From Tubiluchus corallicola (Eukaryota > Animalia > Priapulida): a stretch of 64,000 nt of DNA. The notes under the pieces were generated by a model. That model saw only the letters and a list, made by a program, of their open reading frames with translations. It was not told the DNA's origin and did not search any database. Shown here in pieces: positions 53,552 to 64,000 of the stretch. The translations under genes and the position numbers were made by a program. The DNA lies in assembly GCA_030141605.1 (NCBI GenBank), contig JAQGDQ010000040.1, positions 310,001 through 374,000 on the forward strand, given 5' to 3'. How positions within the stretch are numbered: position 1 is the stretch's first letter; every line of letters starts with the position of its first letter.

Positions 53552-54445
53552 TCTAAATCTTGCAAAATTTTTATTGTTTCTATTGTACATTGTAATTACA
53601 CGGCCCTTAACAACTAGTTCATTAAAAATATTGCAAGTAACTTATAGTAAAACTATAATTCTGTATAACTATTTTAAGACAAGGCCGAATGAATTCGGAT
53701 CCAAATCCCGTGAGCATGACCATGTTTATCACTTCACGATACCTTGTCTACTGCAGTTCAAATTACGTGTGAGTGACCAGTAGCAGAGCACTAAGGACTT
53801 ATTCACTTTATTATATCTGGTCCAGTGCGGTTAACTCATGTGCTACTGAACAGAAGTATTTGCCATAATTTTTACATTTTGGTTCCTATCTCAGGCTCTT
53901 ACTAAGTCCAACTTTGTAACTATATCATTGTCTCTGCCAGTGTCATAGATTTACCCTCCAACTTTAGTGAATTTACGTACTATATGGCTTCCGAATTATT
54001 CACTCGAATTGACCGATGTCCTTAAACCTTAAAAGGTAAATGAGCTAAATAAGATTTATTGAGAGACGCAGCTTAATCTTACCCAAATTTTACCGAAATT
54101 TTGAGCTGTGCTTTTCAGTAGATCATCTTTTAAACTTTTTTCATATTTATTCTTTATATTTCATTTAAGATGCCAAGAGGAGGGATTAATTGTTTCAATT
54201 AAGCAAAAATGTATAATGTATGTTTTTCTCAAATGGTAAACAAACAGAACCTTTGTTTTAGCAGGACTCGGTAATAACAGTGGAGCTCAGTGTGAAGTAG
54301 GCCTAAACACATTTCTTGTCTTATACTCATTGATGATAAAAAAAACTTCTAAGAAGCTCAGAATAATTTACTGAAACACGAAGAGTGTGCAGTAGATCTA
54401 ATTATGTATTATTATTTATTAATCATATTATACTATTATTTGTAG

Positions 54446-54695
54446 TCAACGGGCATACTATCACGACATCACTGTCCTAGTTCCACATTCTTGGTCACCT
54501 GACCCCATGTTCACGCCTGCAAGTAAAGAAAGGATCGGTGTTTCAGACATAGAAATAGGAAACCTGGAGTCTGGTTACAACAAACCATTTACTGTCAACC
54601 CTAATGAGTGTAGCGAGGAGGGGCAGTATATGCACCTAACACCCGAATATCTAATGAATAAAGAGTTGGCATCAAAGTATGGGACATACAGCAAA
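54446..54695 (+). CDS. CLCA: CLCA-like exon 2
   Basis: QRAYYHDITVLVPHSW...PFT...C.EEGQYMHLTP; splice phases match. Confidence 0.9.
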
Positions 54696-55249
54696 GTAAG
54701 TGAATTGGCACAGTGAAAAAAAGACAATTGGGGCAAAATGAAAGAGTGTCGTGAAGCATGAATCATTTAAAGTTGCTGGAAAACAGCATTGAACAGGCTT
54801 TGACATTGAAAAATAAATAAAATGCCATGTTAGTTAGACTGGCTAATTGAAATGATAAACATGTAACCAACATTAGTGTCCTAAAGAAGCCGTCAACAAC
54901 AGTCAGGTATTAACAAAACTGCTTAACAGGTGGCAGCACCAACAAATATATTAAAAGTACATAACTTGTTTATTAGGAAAATTAACACATTTTAGAAGTA
55001 TATGAGACTGCTGCTAAAAGTGCTAAACGCAGCTTAACAAAATGTACAAACGATCGACAACAATTACATAAACTAATTTGCATACTAAATAGAGTTTGCT
55101 TCGGCAACAATGTGTACAAAAAGTATACCACGGTAATTTATAATGATAATGTAAATTTAAGAATTCTTTTAATTAATTAATTTTTAGTGCAGTTTTAAAC
55201 CACAAGAAACGAAATAGCTGTCTGTGCCTGGATTCGAACCAGAAGCAAA

Positions 55250-55385
55250 GACCATAAAATCAATTCCCTGCTAGAGAACCAAGGACCACAAAAACTAATT
55301 CCTTCTTAGAGAACCGAGAACCACTAAATCAATTCCTTGGTAGAAAAGCAAGTACCACAAAGGCAATTCCAAAAAATGGCTAATT
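55250..55385. repeat. Degenerate ~34-bp tandem repeat x4 (intronic)
   Basis: gacca.aaaa.caattcc.t..tagagaacc units. Confidence 0.65.
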
Positions 55386-55524
55386 CCCCATGCCAGTTCC
55401 TTTACCAAGTTATCTTACCTATAAGTAGCTAGCTCAGATTTTAGCCAACAGTTTGAGCTTGGACTCCACATCACCCTGATTCCAATTTGGATTTAGTTTT
55501 TGTCTTTCTTAATTAACGTTTCAG

Positions 55525-55657
55525 ACAATTGTGCGCGAATGGGCGCGCCTGCGATGGGGTGTTTTTGAAGAGCATCCCACAGAAAACGACAAGGAAAAAA
55601 TCTATATAGAAACAACCGGCCAATTTACTGGAGTGAGATGTGGATTGTCGTTGCGTG
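55525..55657 (+). CDS. CLCA: CLCA-like exon 3 (protease motif region)
   Basis: TIVREWARLRWGVFEEH aligns with CLCA VHEWAHLRWGVFDEY. Confidence 0.92.
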
Positions 55658-55972
55658 GTAAATATTTAACAAAAAACAAGTAAACAGCAGTTAATCAGTA
55701 TGAACTAATCACATGAGTCCTTATTAAATAGAAGTCTTTAGTTTTTAAAATCTTAAGGGGAGTGAGAAACATAATCTCTTCCTATTTTCCAGTGATAGAA
55801 CTATTGGAAAGCAACTTGCATGGTATAATGTCCTAGTGTTACATCTATTGTATAGGCTTCTTTGTTTATTAAGAATGCCAAAATAGAGAAAGTTTTTGTT
55901 TTTGAAATGCGAACAGTTTAATGTACACGGAAAATTCCGACAGAGCCAAATGAAATATTTTTTCACGAACAG

Positions 55973-56145
55973 GTAAATTAAGGGACGCTCACACTGGAAA
56001 GAAGTGTAGTATTAGCCCTCGAACAAACAAGCCTTTACAGTCATGTCAATGGCTTGATTATGATGACGATGATGAGGACAAAGATAAAGATGTTGAAAAA
56101 TATAATGTGACCGCATCTCTGATGTACAGACATGTTCTTAAACGG
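55973..56145 (+). CDS. CLCA: CLCA-like exon 4
   Basis: KKCSISPRTNKPLQSCQW...TASLMY; phase 1 to 0. Confidence 0.85.
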
Positions 56146-56626
56146 GTATTTTGATGATTTTTATACAAAAATAAACCATTACAATGACCGTGTAACATTC
56201 ACTTAACCAGTAAAAGTGGCTAATTATAGGTAGTGTCCATTTGTGCAAAAAAACTTAAAAACTGAATGTAAAGTGGCATTTAAGTAGCATCCGTAATGCG
56301 TATGCTGAATAGATGAAATTGGTTTATATTCTTTACAATGCACCCGTTATGCAACCTGCACATGCGTTGTTTTTTTTCTGCGGCTATTTCCTATTGATTT
56401 TTTCCGCGGGCTATTCTGCAGGCTGTTCGGCAGTGGATAACACATCCGTATCTGCATCCCTATCAGTGGTTACATAAACACAACTTAATACATAATGCGT
56501 CCGGATGGTACCTAAACGCCACTTAAGGCGTTAATAAAGGCATTGTACGTAAGTTTGCCGTTTGTGCATGTCCTCAGATGTCATGCCGGATGTCCGTATA
56601 CAACAGTGCTATGGCACAGTGACTTG

Positions 56627-56903
56627 TACCATACCATACCATACCATACCATACCATACCATACCATACCATACCATACCATACCATACCATACCATACC
56701 ATACCATACCATACCATACCATACCATACCATTCCATAGCATACCATACCATACCATACCATACCATACCATACCATACCATACCATACCATACCATACC
56801 ATACCATACCATACCATACCATACCATACCATACCATAGCATACCATACCATACCATACCATACCATACCATGCCATACCATACCATACCATACCATGCC
56901 ATA
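56627..56903. repeat. (ATACC)n pentanucleotide microsatellite
   Basis: Direct inspection; explains the YHTIP/MVWYG ORFs. Confidence 0.99.
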
Positions 56904-57552
56904 CAACACCATAAAATACCATATCATATTTCCAAACTGATATGAACAAAACAAACGAGATGGTATAGTTTATCTTTTGCACTTTTGCATTCTAATAGAA
57001 TTCAAAGTCCTTAGTACCTGTAGTTTGCAACGTTGTTGAAGCACGTTGAAATACAACTATTTCTAGGAAAATGCTTTGAGTAAAATAGCACAACTGAATG
57101 CTTTGGATAAAATGACACAGCTGTCACCAGTTTAGCTTATGCTAGAAATTGGAAATGTATCTTTGCTTTAAGTGAGAATCGAGCGATGAATTAATTTAAG
57201 AAACAAAAGACACGAAGTTTTGCAAAGACGCACACTACGAACAGATGTAGGAAGCACGAACGCTTCTTTACCGCTTGTGTTTGAAAAGATGTGATTTGCG
57301 TTACAACTATCGACTGAAGATCACTTCTAGCATTCACGGCCACGTCTGCGTTATTTAATGAATACTCTGATTTCCCTTCGTTTAACCAATATTTTCATAA
57401 TTATTAGAATACAGATAATTTTACATATTTTTGTTTTAGATTGTGCATATATGTATGAGCCCGTAGTAGCATGGCATAATAATTGTACGCTACGCAATTT
57501 TTATGTAGAAAACAATGTTTTTTGTTTTCCATTGGCTTTGAATTGTTTTCAG

Positions 57553-57657
57553 GTAGACGGTTTTTGTGATGATGAGGATCTTACAGACATGTTTCCTCAC
57601 AACAGGCGAGCACCAAATCAGCAAAATAAGCAATGTGGCCGACGTAGTGTCTGGGCG
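57553..57657 (+). CDS. CLCA: CLCA-like exon 5
   Basis: VDGFCD...HNRRAPNQQNKQCGRRSVW (CLCA HN.EAPN.QN..C..RS.W). Confidence 0.9.
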
Positions 57658-57855
57658 GTAATATCGTCAATCTTAAAACTATGCTATCCTGTAAATATGT
57701 TGATATGTTGGTATGGTCTAGACTCTAGACTAAAGAATGCTTCGGCTTTTCTAAATAGTCTTGTCAAAATTCATCAGACATCAGAAAAAAAATCACAAAA
57801 TATAGGATTATTATTATGCAGTCTCTTTAAGCAAGATTTTTTCGCTTTTTCGTAG

Positions 57856-58026
57856 GTGTTGCGGCAACATGTTGATTTCCGGAACGCAAACTTTCCAAAT
57901 GACGTCGCTAGTACTACACCAAACTTTAAATTTGTTAGAGCTCGCAAAAAGAGGACGATTCTCATCTTAGACGTATCTGGAGTTAGGGAAGATAATGAAG
58001 GTAGTAAACTGCTGATGTTACGGCAA
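57856..58026 (+). CDS. CLCA: CLCA-like exon 6 (start of VWA domain)
   Basis: PNFKFVR...RTILILDVSG. Confidence 0.88.
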
Positions 58027-58435
58027 GTACGAGCCATTTCTAAACTTGTTGGAACCGTTAATTTATTTCGATATTTCATTTAAATATCATGTATGCAGAC
58101 GTTGCAGTTAATAGTCCGCTGGGTATTTTAATATTGCTTCTTCACTGGGTAATTTTCAGTACTGTTATTCCCTTTTCTGCTATGACAATACAAAATTGCA
58201 TGTTTGCGAAATGCGCAATTACAGTGCAAAATTTAATAAACGTTCTAGTATAAATGCTTTTTTCATAAATAAAATGATTTTCATTACGACCGCACTTCAC
58301 CCTAGCCCTTTTTAATTTTTCTTCCTAAGTTTTTTCTACTACAGTTTTTTCCGTTTGACACGTTTTTAGTTGGTGTTTTCGTCAATGTTATCATTTTTGT
58401 TTTCTTAGTTTTTTTTCAATATTTCGTTCTTGTAG

Positions 58436-58628
58436 GCGTGCTATCATTATGTCACAGATGTAGTACCGGATAATGAATACGTAGGCATTGTTGAATTTGA
58501 GTCAGACGTGATTTATCGCAGTAAAGCAAGAATTATTGCCAATTTAACTCGAATCAATAACAGAACACGTTCAGATCTTGGGCACAAGTTGTCGAAAATT
58601 GGCGGAGGTTTAACAAGTGTGGGTGAAG
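58436..58628 (+). CDS. CLCA: CLCA-like exon 7
   Basis: YVGIVEF...GGLTSVGEG; canonical splice sites. Confidence 0.85.
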
Positions 58629-59356
58629 GTAAGATACTTCTGAGTCCAAACAATAATGCCTTCTTGATTTTACACATTCAATTTAACCGTCTCCGAAACT
58701 AATCGAAATCGTTTCAGCTACTGCTCTATGCTTCGCTTTCGATCGTTCACTGCCATTTTTTCTGTTCTTGACATAAGTCTTATAATTTCAATTTCAATTC
58801 ATCGATGAACTAATTAGGCTGTGGTGACAATTTTTTAATGGACGTCCGTCTTAAAAATTAATAATTGGCTCTTTAATATTAATGAAACTGGGTGGTGCTG
58901 ATCATATAGACATGGTCAGATAAACGCGTGGAAAATTTGCTTATAAACTGCGAGGTTGCTCTTCTTGCCAGTGGAACAGGTGCTGAGATGGTAAAAAGCA
59001 CTTATTAGACCACCAGAACCATTACATATTTATAGGTGTCAGTATGTAATGGCTTCATAACAGACAGAACTATTACAGTGCAGGGGTAGGGGTGAAAACA
59101 ATTGGCATTTCTTCGATTTTTTATCATATTTTGGACCGTAGATCATTTTACCATTATCAAAATTTGGTTACTGTCCTCCTTTAATAAACAGCTGCTGCAT
59201 ATTTTATGCAATACGGCAAAGTCAATACAGTACGCATTCAAAATTGTTTTTATAGGGAATGTATTCAGCATTTGACTAATCACTGACTTATTTGTTGCTT
59301 ATAAAACGTAAAATTTATAGAAGTTAAAAAATCTAAAATAATTATCACATTAACAG

Positions 59357-59475
59357 GTTTGAACGTTGGCTTACAAGTGGCTAGTTGGATGAGCCGGAAA
59401 AAAATTAGACCAAACGGCGCATTTTTTCTAGTTGTAAGTGATGGTGAACTATTTACTGAAGACATGCAAAAAGAG
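59357..59475 (+). CDS. CLCA: CLCA-like exon 8
   Basis: FFLVVSDGE (VWA motif). Confidence 0.85.
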
Positions 59476-59601
59476 GTAATACGTACAGCTAAAAAACTAA
59501 TTGTTCTAGGCTATTTTTGTTATAGTTAGGATGGATTTTGGAATACTGTATAATTCAAGGAAACAGAATTGTAAAAATAATGAGCCGGTGTTTCTTTCTA
59601 G

Positions 59602-59770
59602 GTCTTTTCGAAGCAAATAACGGTGGACTCACTGGCGATTGGTGCAAATGTGTCTGAGAGAATGGAGCTGTTGGCAAGGAAAACTGGTGGTTTTCTCTTC
59701 TTCTACAATTCTGATATCACTTTAAATGCATTTAACGAAGCCTTACTTAAAATAGGCTCCAGAGAAGCCA
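59602..59770 (+). CDS. CLCA: CLCA-like exon 9
   Basis: VDSLAIG...MELLARKTGG. Confidence 0.85.
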
Positions 59771-60524
59771 GTAAGCTTTTGCTATTTAACAGAGAATTGT
59801 TATACTTTTTACGGCCTTATATAAGTGCAGAATTCACGAAATCAATTGAAAACAACCTTAAGTGGAGAACACCAGTGTGGTTGACATATGGTTGCACGCA
59901 ACAGTGGCAACCCGAGGGTTAACACTACATTTTGAAAACAACCTTCGTTAAAAAGCTAACTCATTACGTTTACGGAATAGGTCTACAAATGAAAACGAAA
60001 AAACTGCTAATGAACACAGTCTGCTGGAACGGTTGCATTATTATTAATATCACCAATGTTGCCAAAAACTGCGTGCAAAAAAATTTTCCACCTTGTGGTT
60101 CATGTATTTATGTCCATTGCCAATGTGGGCAAGAAACTTGGTGCAGGAAAAACCGTTTTTCAACTGTCAACAGCGGGCCGAATTTGTTGACTAGTTTTGT
60201 CTGGATGATGAAGACGTATGCGCAGTTAGTGTTGTAGGTTATATATTCTATAGACTGTATTATAAAGATTCCAGTAGCAGCTAATTACTACGGAAGGACA
60301 AACCATTAAGCCTCTTTAATTAACCTTTCCTATATTAGAGGACTGAAAAACATGGTTGTTCTGTCTATTATCATGAAACAGCTACTTTTGTCTTGTAGAA
60401 ATATCTGTTCCCAGTAAAAGTTTTAGGTTAACCGCCTACAGTTTGCAACAATAACTGAATAACTAACAACGTGATTTTTAGTTTAAGTATATAAGTACAA
60501 ATTTCTCATACTATTTGTACATAG

Positions 60525-60787
60525 GTAAAAAAGATGTACCTGTAGTACTCCTAACTGATGATTATGTTATCGAAAAAGATGGACTTAATCACGATTTTGT
60601 TTTTTGGATTGATTCATCTATTGTCAGTCGCACAGTAAAAATAAACATTGCATATAGTGGTGATCGTGAAAAGCCAGTAGAGGCTACTGTTAAAGGGCCA
60701 GAATTTCAAACATGGGATAAAAGTTTTAACGAGTATCAGTTGGTTGAAAAATTTCAGACCATTCGCTTGAACTTAGTTAAAGTAAAG
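60525..60787 (+). CDS. CLCA: CLCA-like exon 10
   Basis: FWIDSSIVSRT...; splice phases consistent. Confidence 0.8.
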
Positions 60788-61510
60788 GTAAGTTCGATAA
60801 CAAATATTTTAAATTCGGTATCAGTGTTTTGGCAAATATTTAAGCTTGTGTCTGTCTTCTCTAATGTACACATGTTGTGAAACAAAAGTACCCAAACATA
60901 CTGGCTCACTGACCTACTATCTTCACAGTAAAATACGCTATATAATAAAAAAATCCAAAGTTGTCTAAATAACACAGCTTTGATAAGACGTTTTAAATGA
61001 ACATCATCCAAGTATCAGAGAGATAAAATGACATAAACAAATAAAACTATTTTATGGTTGTTCAATTTCGTATTTCAGTTTTGAAATACGAATAGAAATT
61101 ATTGGAAGCTCTATCAATCATGCACAACTGTACCGTAATTGTACGCAAGACTACTAAGTAATTTATACATAACAAAACATACCTGTACAAAAGAATATTA
61201 AATAACAGCGGGAAATCTAAAAATCGTATTAAATTATATTCAAAAATGTATTTATGTGTGGCTCAATACATACTTGTCGTTCTAAGAGCAACAAATTCAC
61301 TCGAGACTTTTTCTCCAATTGAATTCTGTTATTCATTGCAGGGACTGGCTTTTCTATTTATTGTGAATCTCCAAGTTGAAAAGATTAGCTATTGTCTATT
61401 TTGTGCTTGTACTATTTAAACAATTTGATGGAACTGTAATTTAAAACTGACCATGTAACAATATTTCTTACCAAATCAGCTTTTCATTTTCATTTTAATT
61501 TTGTGTTCAG

Positions 61511-61691
61511 CTAGGTAAATATACGTGCCAAATCGTCAACCCTGCAGACGAGGGGAAAATTGTAAGCGTAACAGTTGTAGCATATTCAGCTAATGGGCTT
61601 AACTTGTATCCTATAACAGCCGAAGCAAGATGGAAATACACAAATATTACTCCGCTGCAAAAACAAGTTCTGCATGTAGGCATTTATAGAG
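61511..61691 (+). CDS. CLCA: CLCA-like exon 11
   Basis: GKYTCQI...VSVTV...PITAEARW; splice phases consistent. Confidence 0.8.
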
Positions 61692-62554
61692 GTGAGATAA
61701 TTATAATCAATGATATAACAAACCCACAATTAATTGAATTTTTTAATGTCAAAGTTTGGCTTACTTACTTGAAAGACAAGAAATGTGGAAAAATCGGCAC
61801 CGCCCAGATTAAAATAGGGATACCCACAGTCTAGAGGTTAAAGGTGTTCCCTGGAGAAAGTGGATGGTCCAACGGGTATGAAAGATAGGTCACCGTTGGA
61901 CAGAAAACTTTATTCTTCCCTTAATGCTTTTCTATCTAATATTAATGTCTTCTGTGCGTATTGTATCGTTAAAATCAGTGGCAGATTTGAAGTGTAAATT
62001 CGCTGGTTCAAATCCAGGCTGTGCGTCACTTTTCCTGTCTTTCATGAAAGTTTAATATCTATTTTAGTATATAAAAATTTCAATTAATTGTGGTTGTCTT
62101 CCTTCGGAGATATGAGGAAAATCAGACCCAATCTTAAGCTATAGATCAAAACAATCTACCCTATAAAATGTCAAACAGGAATATGTTATTTTTTCAATGA
62201 TGATTCACGTGAAAAAATTATTATCACAGAAACGTAAGTTCGCGTTTGTGCGAGCCTATTTCGCCATTCGCTAATTAAACGGGCACTAGCTCCTACATCT
62301 CGGAACCGCATTGCACAAAAATATGTGCTGTACGTCTCAGTTCAGAGGCGTTCGGTTGTAACGCAGTACACAAATAAGTTTGTAAGTTATTTAAGGCTAA
62401 AATTATGAATGCTAAACCTAGCCCACATAAATAAGTTTAGGTAAGATTTTAGTTGTGTTTTTTTATTTTTATATTCTTGTGTATCTGTATTTTTAGACTA
62501 CATTGCGAAACAAATAAATAATTCAGTACCTTAAACTTCAATTTTCTCTTACAG

Positions 62555-62730
62555 GATATCGTCCCATAATAAATGCAAACGTTACAGCAATCATCGAAAG
62601 ACCGGGTACAACAATAAATTATATATTACAAATGTATGATAATGGCGCATTTTCTGACGTGGCTAAACATGATGGAATTTATTCTCGGTATTTCACGGCT
62701 TTTACTGATAATGGCGGCTACAGCGTAAAG
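62555..62730 (+). CDS. CLCA: CLCA-like exon 12
   Basis: PIINANVTAIIE...DNGAFSDVAKHDGIYSRYFT..TDNGGYSVK, a CLCA hallmark. Confidence 0.93.
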
Positions 62731-63288
62731 GTAGAACATAAAACATAGAACATGGAGTGTTTATATTTCTCGCTATCATGTGCAACAAAAATGTTAATAT
62801 CATATTTATTAAATAATTATAATTATGGAGCAAGATAGAGAAAAAGCCAGGTCATCTTGTTACGTCTCCCTAAGGTGAGAATCGAACGAGTTATTTGTGC
62901 CCATTAAATAATTAATAACCATTATCAATTTACTACGTTAAGATGCATCTGCCTGGTTAGTAAATGGATAGGTGACTGTCCGGAAAACTGCTACTTCGCT
63001 GTTTTGTTTCCCTTTATGCCATTTTAGTGGAGGACGTATACAAATTACAAACGCGGCGAAGATACATTAGTCAAAATTATTCGATTAAAGAAAGAATAAT
63101 GACAGAGAATAATCTTGAAGAATTATTCTTCATAAAGAACTATGTGCCAATTCTACCAAAACCATTTACATTAGTAATTACGCTAATTACGTTTTGCCAT
63201 TAAATGCCGGATATCGGCTTGCAGTGTGCTGAAACCTATAAAAACCTATAAGAAATATTTTGTACATCATTGTCATACTTTGTTAAAG

Positions 63289-63439
63289 GTTAAAGTGGAA
63301 GACGAAGGGAAAGAAACTATCTCTGGTTTTGTACTAGGTGCTCCCAAGCGAAAAAAAGACATGCAAGAAAAAAACCGTACAGGATCATTCCAACGCTATG
63401 CAACTGGCGGCTCGTTTACTTTGTTACACTTCAACATTG
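63289..63439 (+). CDS. CLCA: CLCA-like exon 13 (gene continues beyond the window)
   Basis: FQRYATGGSF equivalent to CLCA FSRTSSGGSF. Confidence 0.85.
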
Positions 63440-63522
63440 GTACAATTCTAATAAACACATGTCTTATCTTTATTACTGTACATGTATTAACTAAGAAAGC
63501 TGTGGCTAGCAGCTAATTAAGC

Positions 63523-63649
<127 letters not shown>

Positions 63650-64000
63650 TTTACTTTTAGATTACAGGTTTGATTCGCGGAGAGACTCCTCACCATTATT
63701 ATTATTATTCATACAGCCCAATGAAACACCATACAAGGCTTGGTCGTAGTTTCCACTACAGCTACAAATTAATAAGTAACTTGATTACTTCCTACTTGAT
63801 GTATCGAAAGTTTAGCTTTGATTGTCTGTGATACGTAGTCTGGTGTTCTTTGCGGAAATTCAGCGAGAAAAATTCTGATACAGTAACACTTTTATTTGTG
63901 TTTTACAGCATACGTGCGCGTGTTGTTGAATGGGCTAGAGATACCAGTGACGTCATGCCGAAACTAATGCAGCTTATTTTTTTTCCTGTACAAAGCCTTT

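Noticed and set aside
56543-56982. YHTIP/MVWYG repeat ORFs
   Set aside because: Translation of an (ATACC)n microsatellite within a CLCA intron

Overview
AT-rich, microsatellite-rich animal genomic DNA. It is probably from an invertebrate; an annelid or other lophotrochozoan is suggested but not proven. Six protein-coding loci are supported: (1) a purine nucleoside phosphorylase with an intron-free CDS (3088-4026,+); (2) a 619-aa multi-pass membrane protein (10856-12715,-); (3) a pyrokinin/CAPA/neuromedin-U-type GPCR whose two coding exons (41516-40661 and 15319-14646,-) are separated by a ~25.3-kb intron; (4) a divergent mitochondrial creatine-kinase-like phosphagen kinase with an intron-free CDS, nested on the same strand inside that intron (18910-17642); (5) a three-exon NAT16/histidine N-acetyltransferase-like GNAT gene (50080-46337,-) bracketed by ~135-bp inverted repeats; (6) a CLCA-like gene (13 exons read, from 52729, running off the right edge) whose HExxH zinc motif reads REWAR and whose VWA MIDAS motif is degenerate. 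The most striking non-coding feature is a 491-bp retroposon in intron 1 of the NAT16-like gene. It has a full-length 5S rRNA head with no Pol III terminator, a GC-rich body and (CAA)n tail reminiscent of RTE LINEs, and a perfect 17-bp target-site duplication, i.e. a SINE3-type element. Several MITEs, tRNA-SINE relics, LINE fragments and long microsatellites are also present. All homology calls come from motif recognition by eye; no database searches were run.
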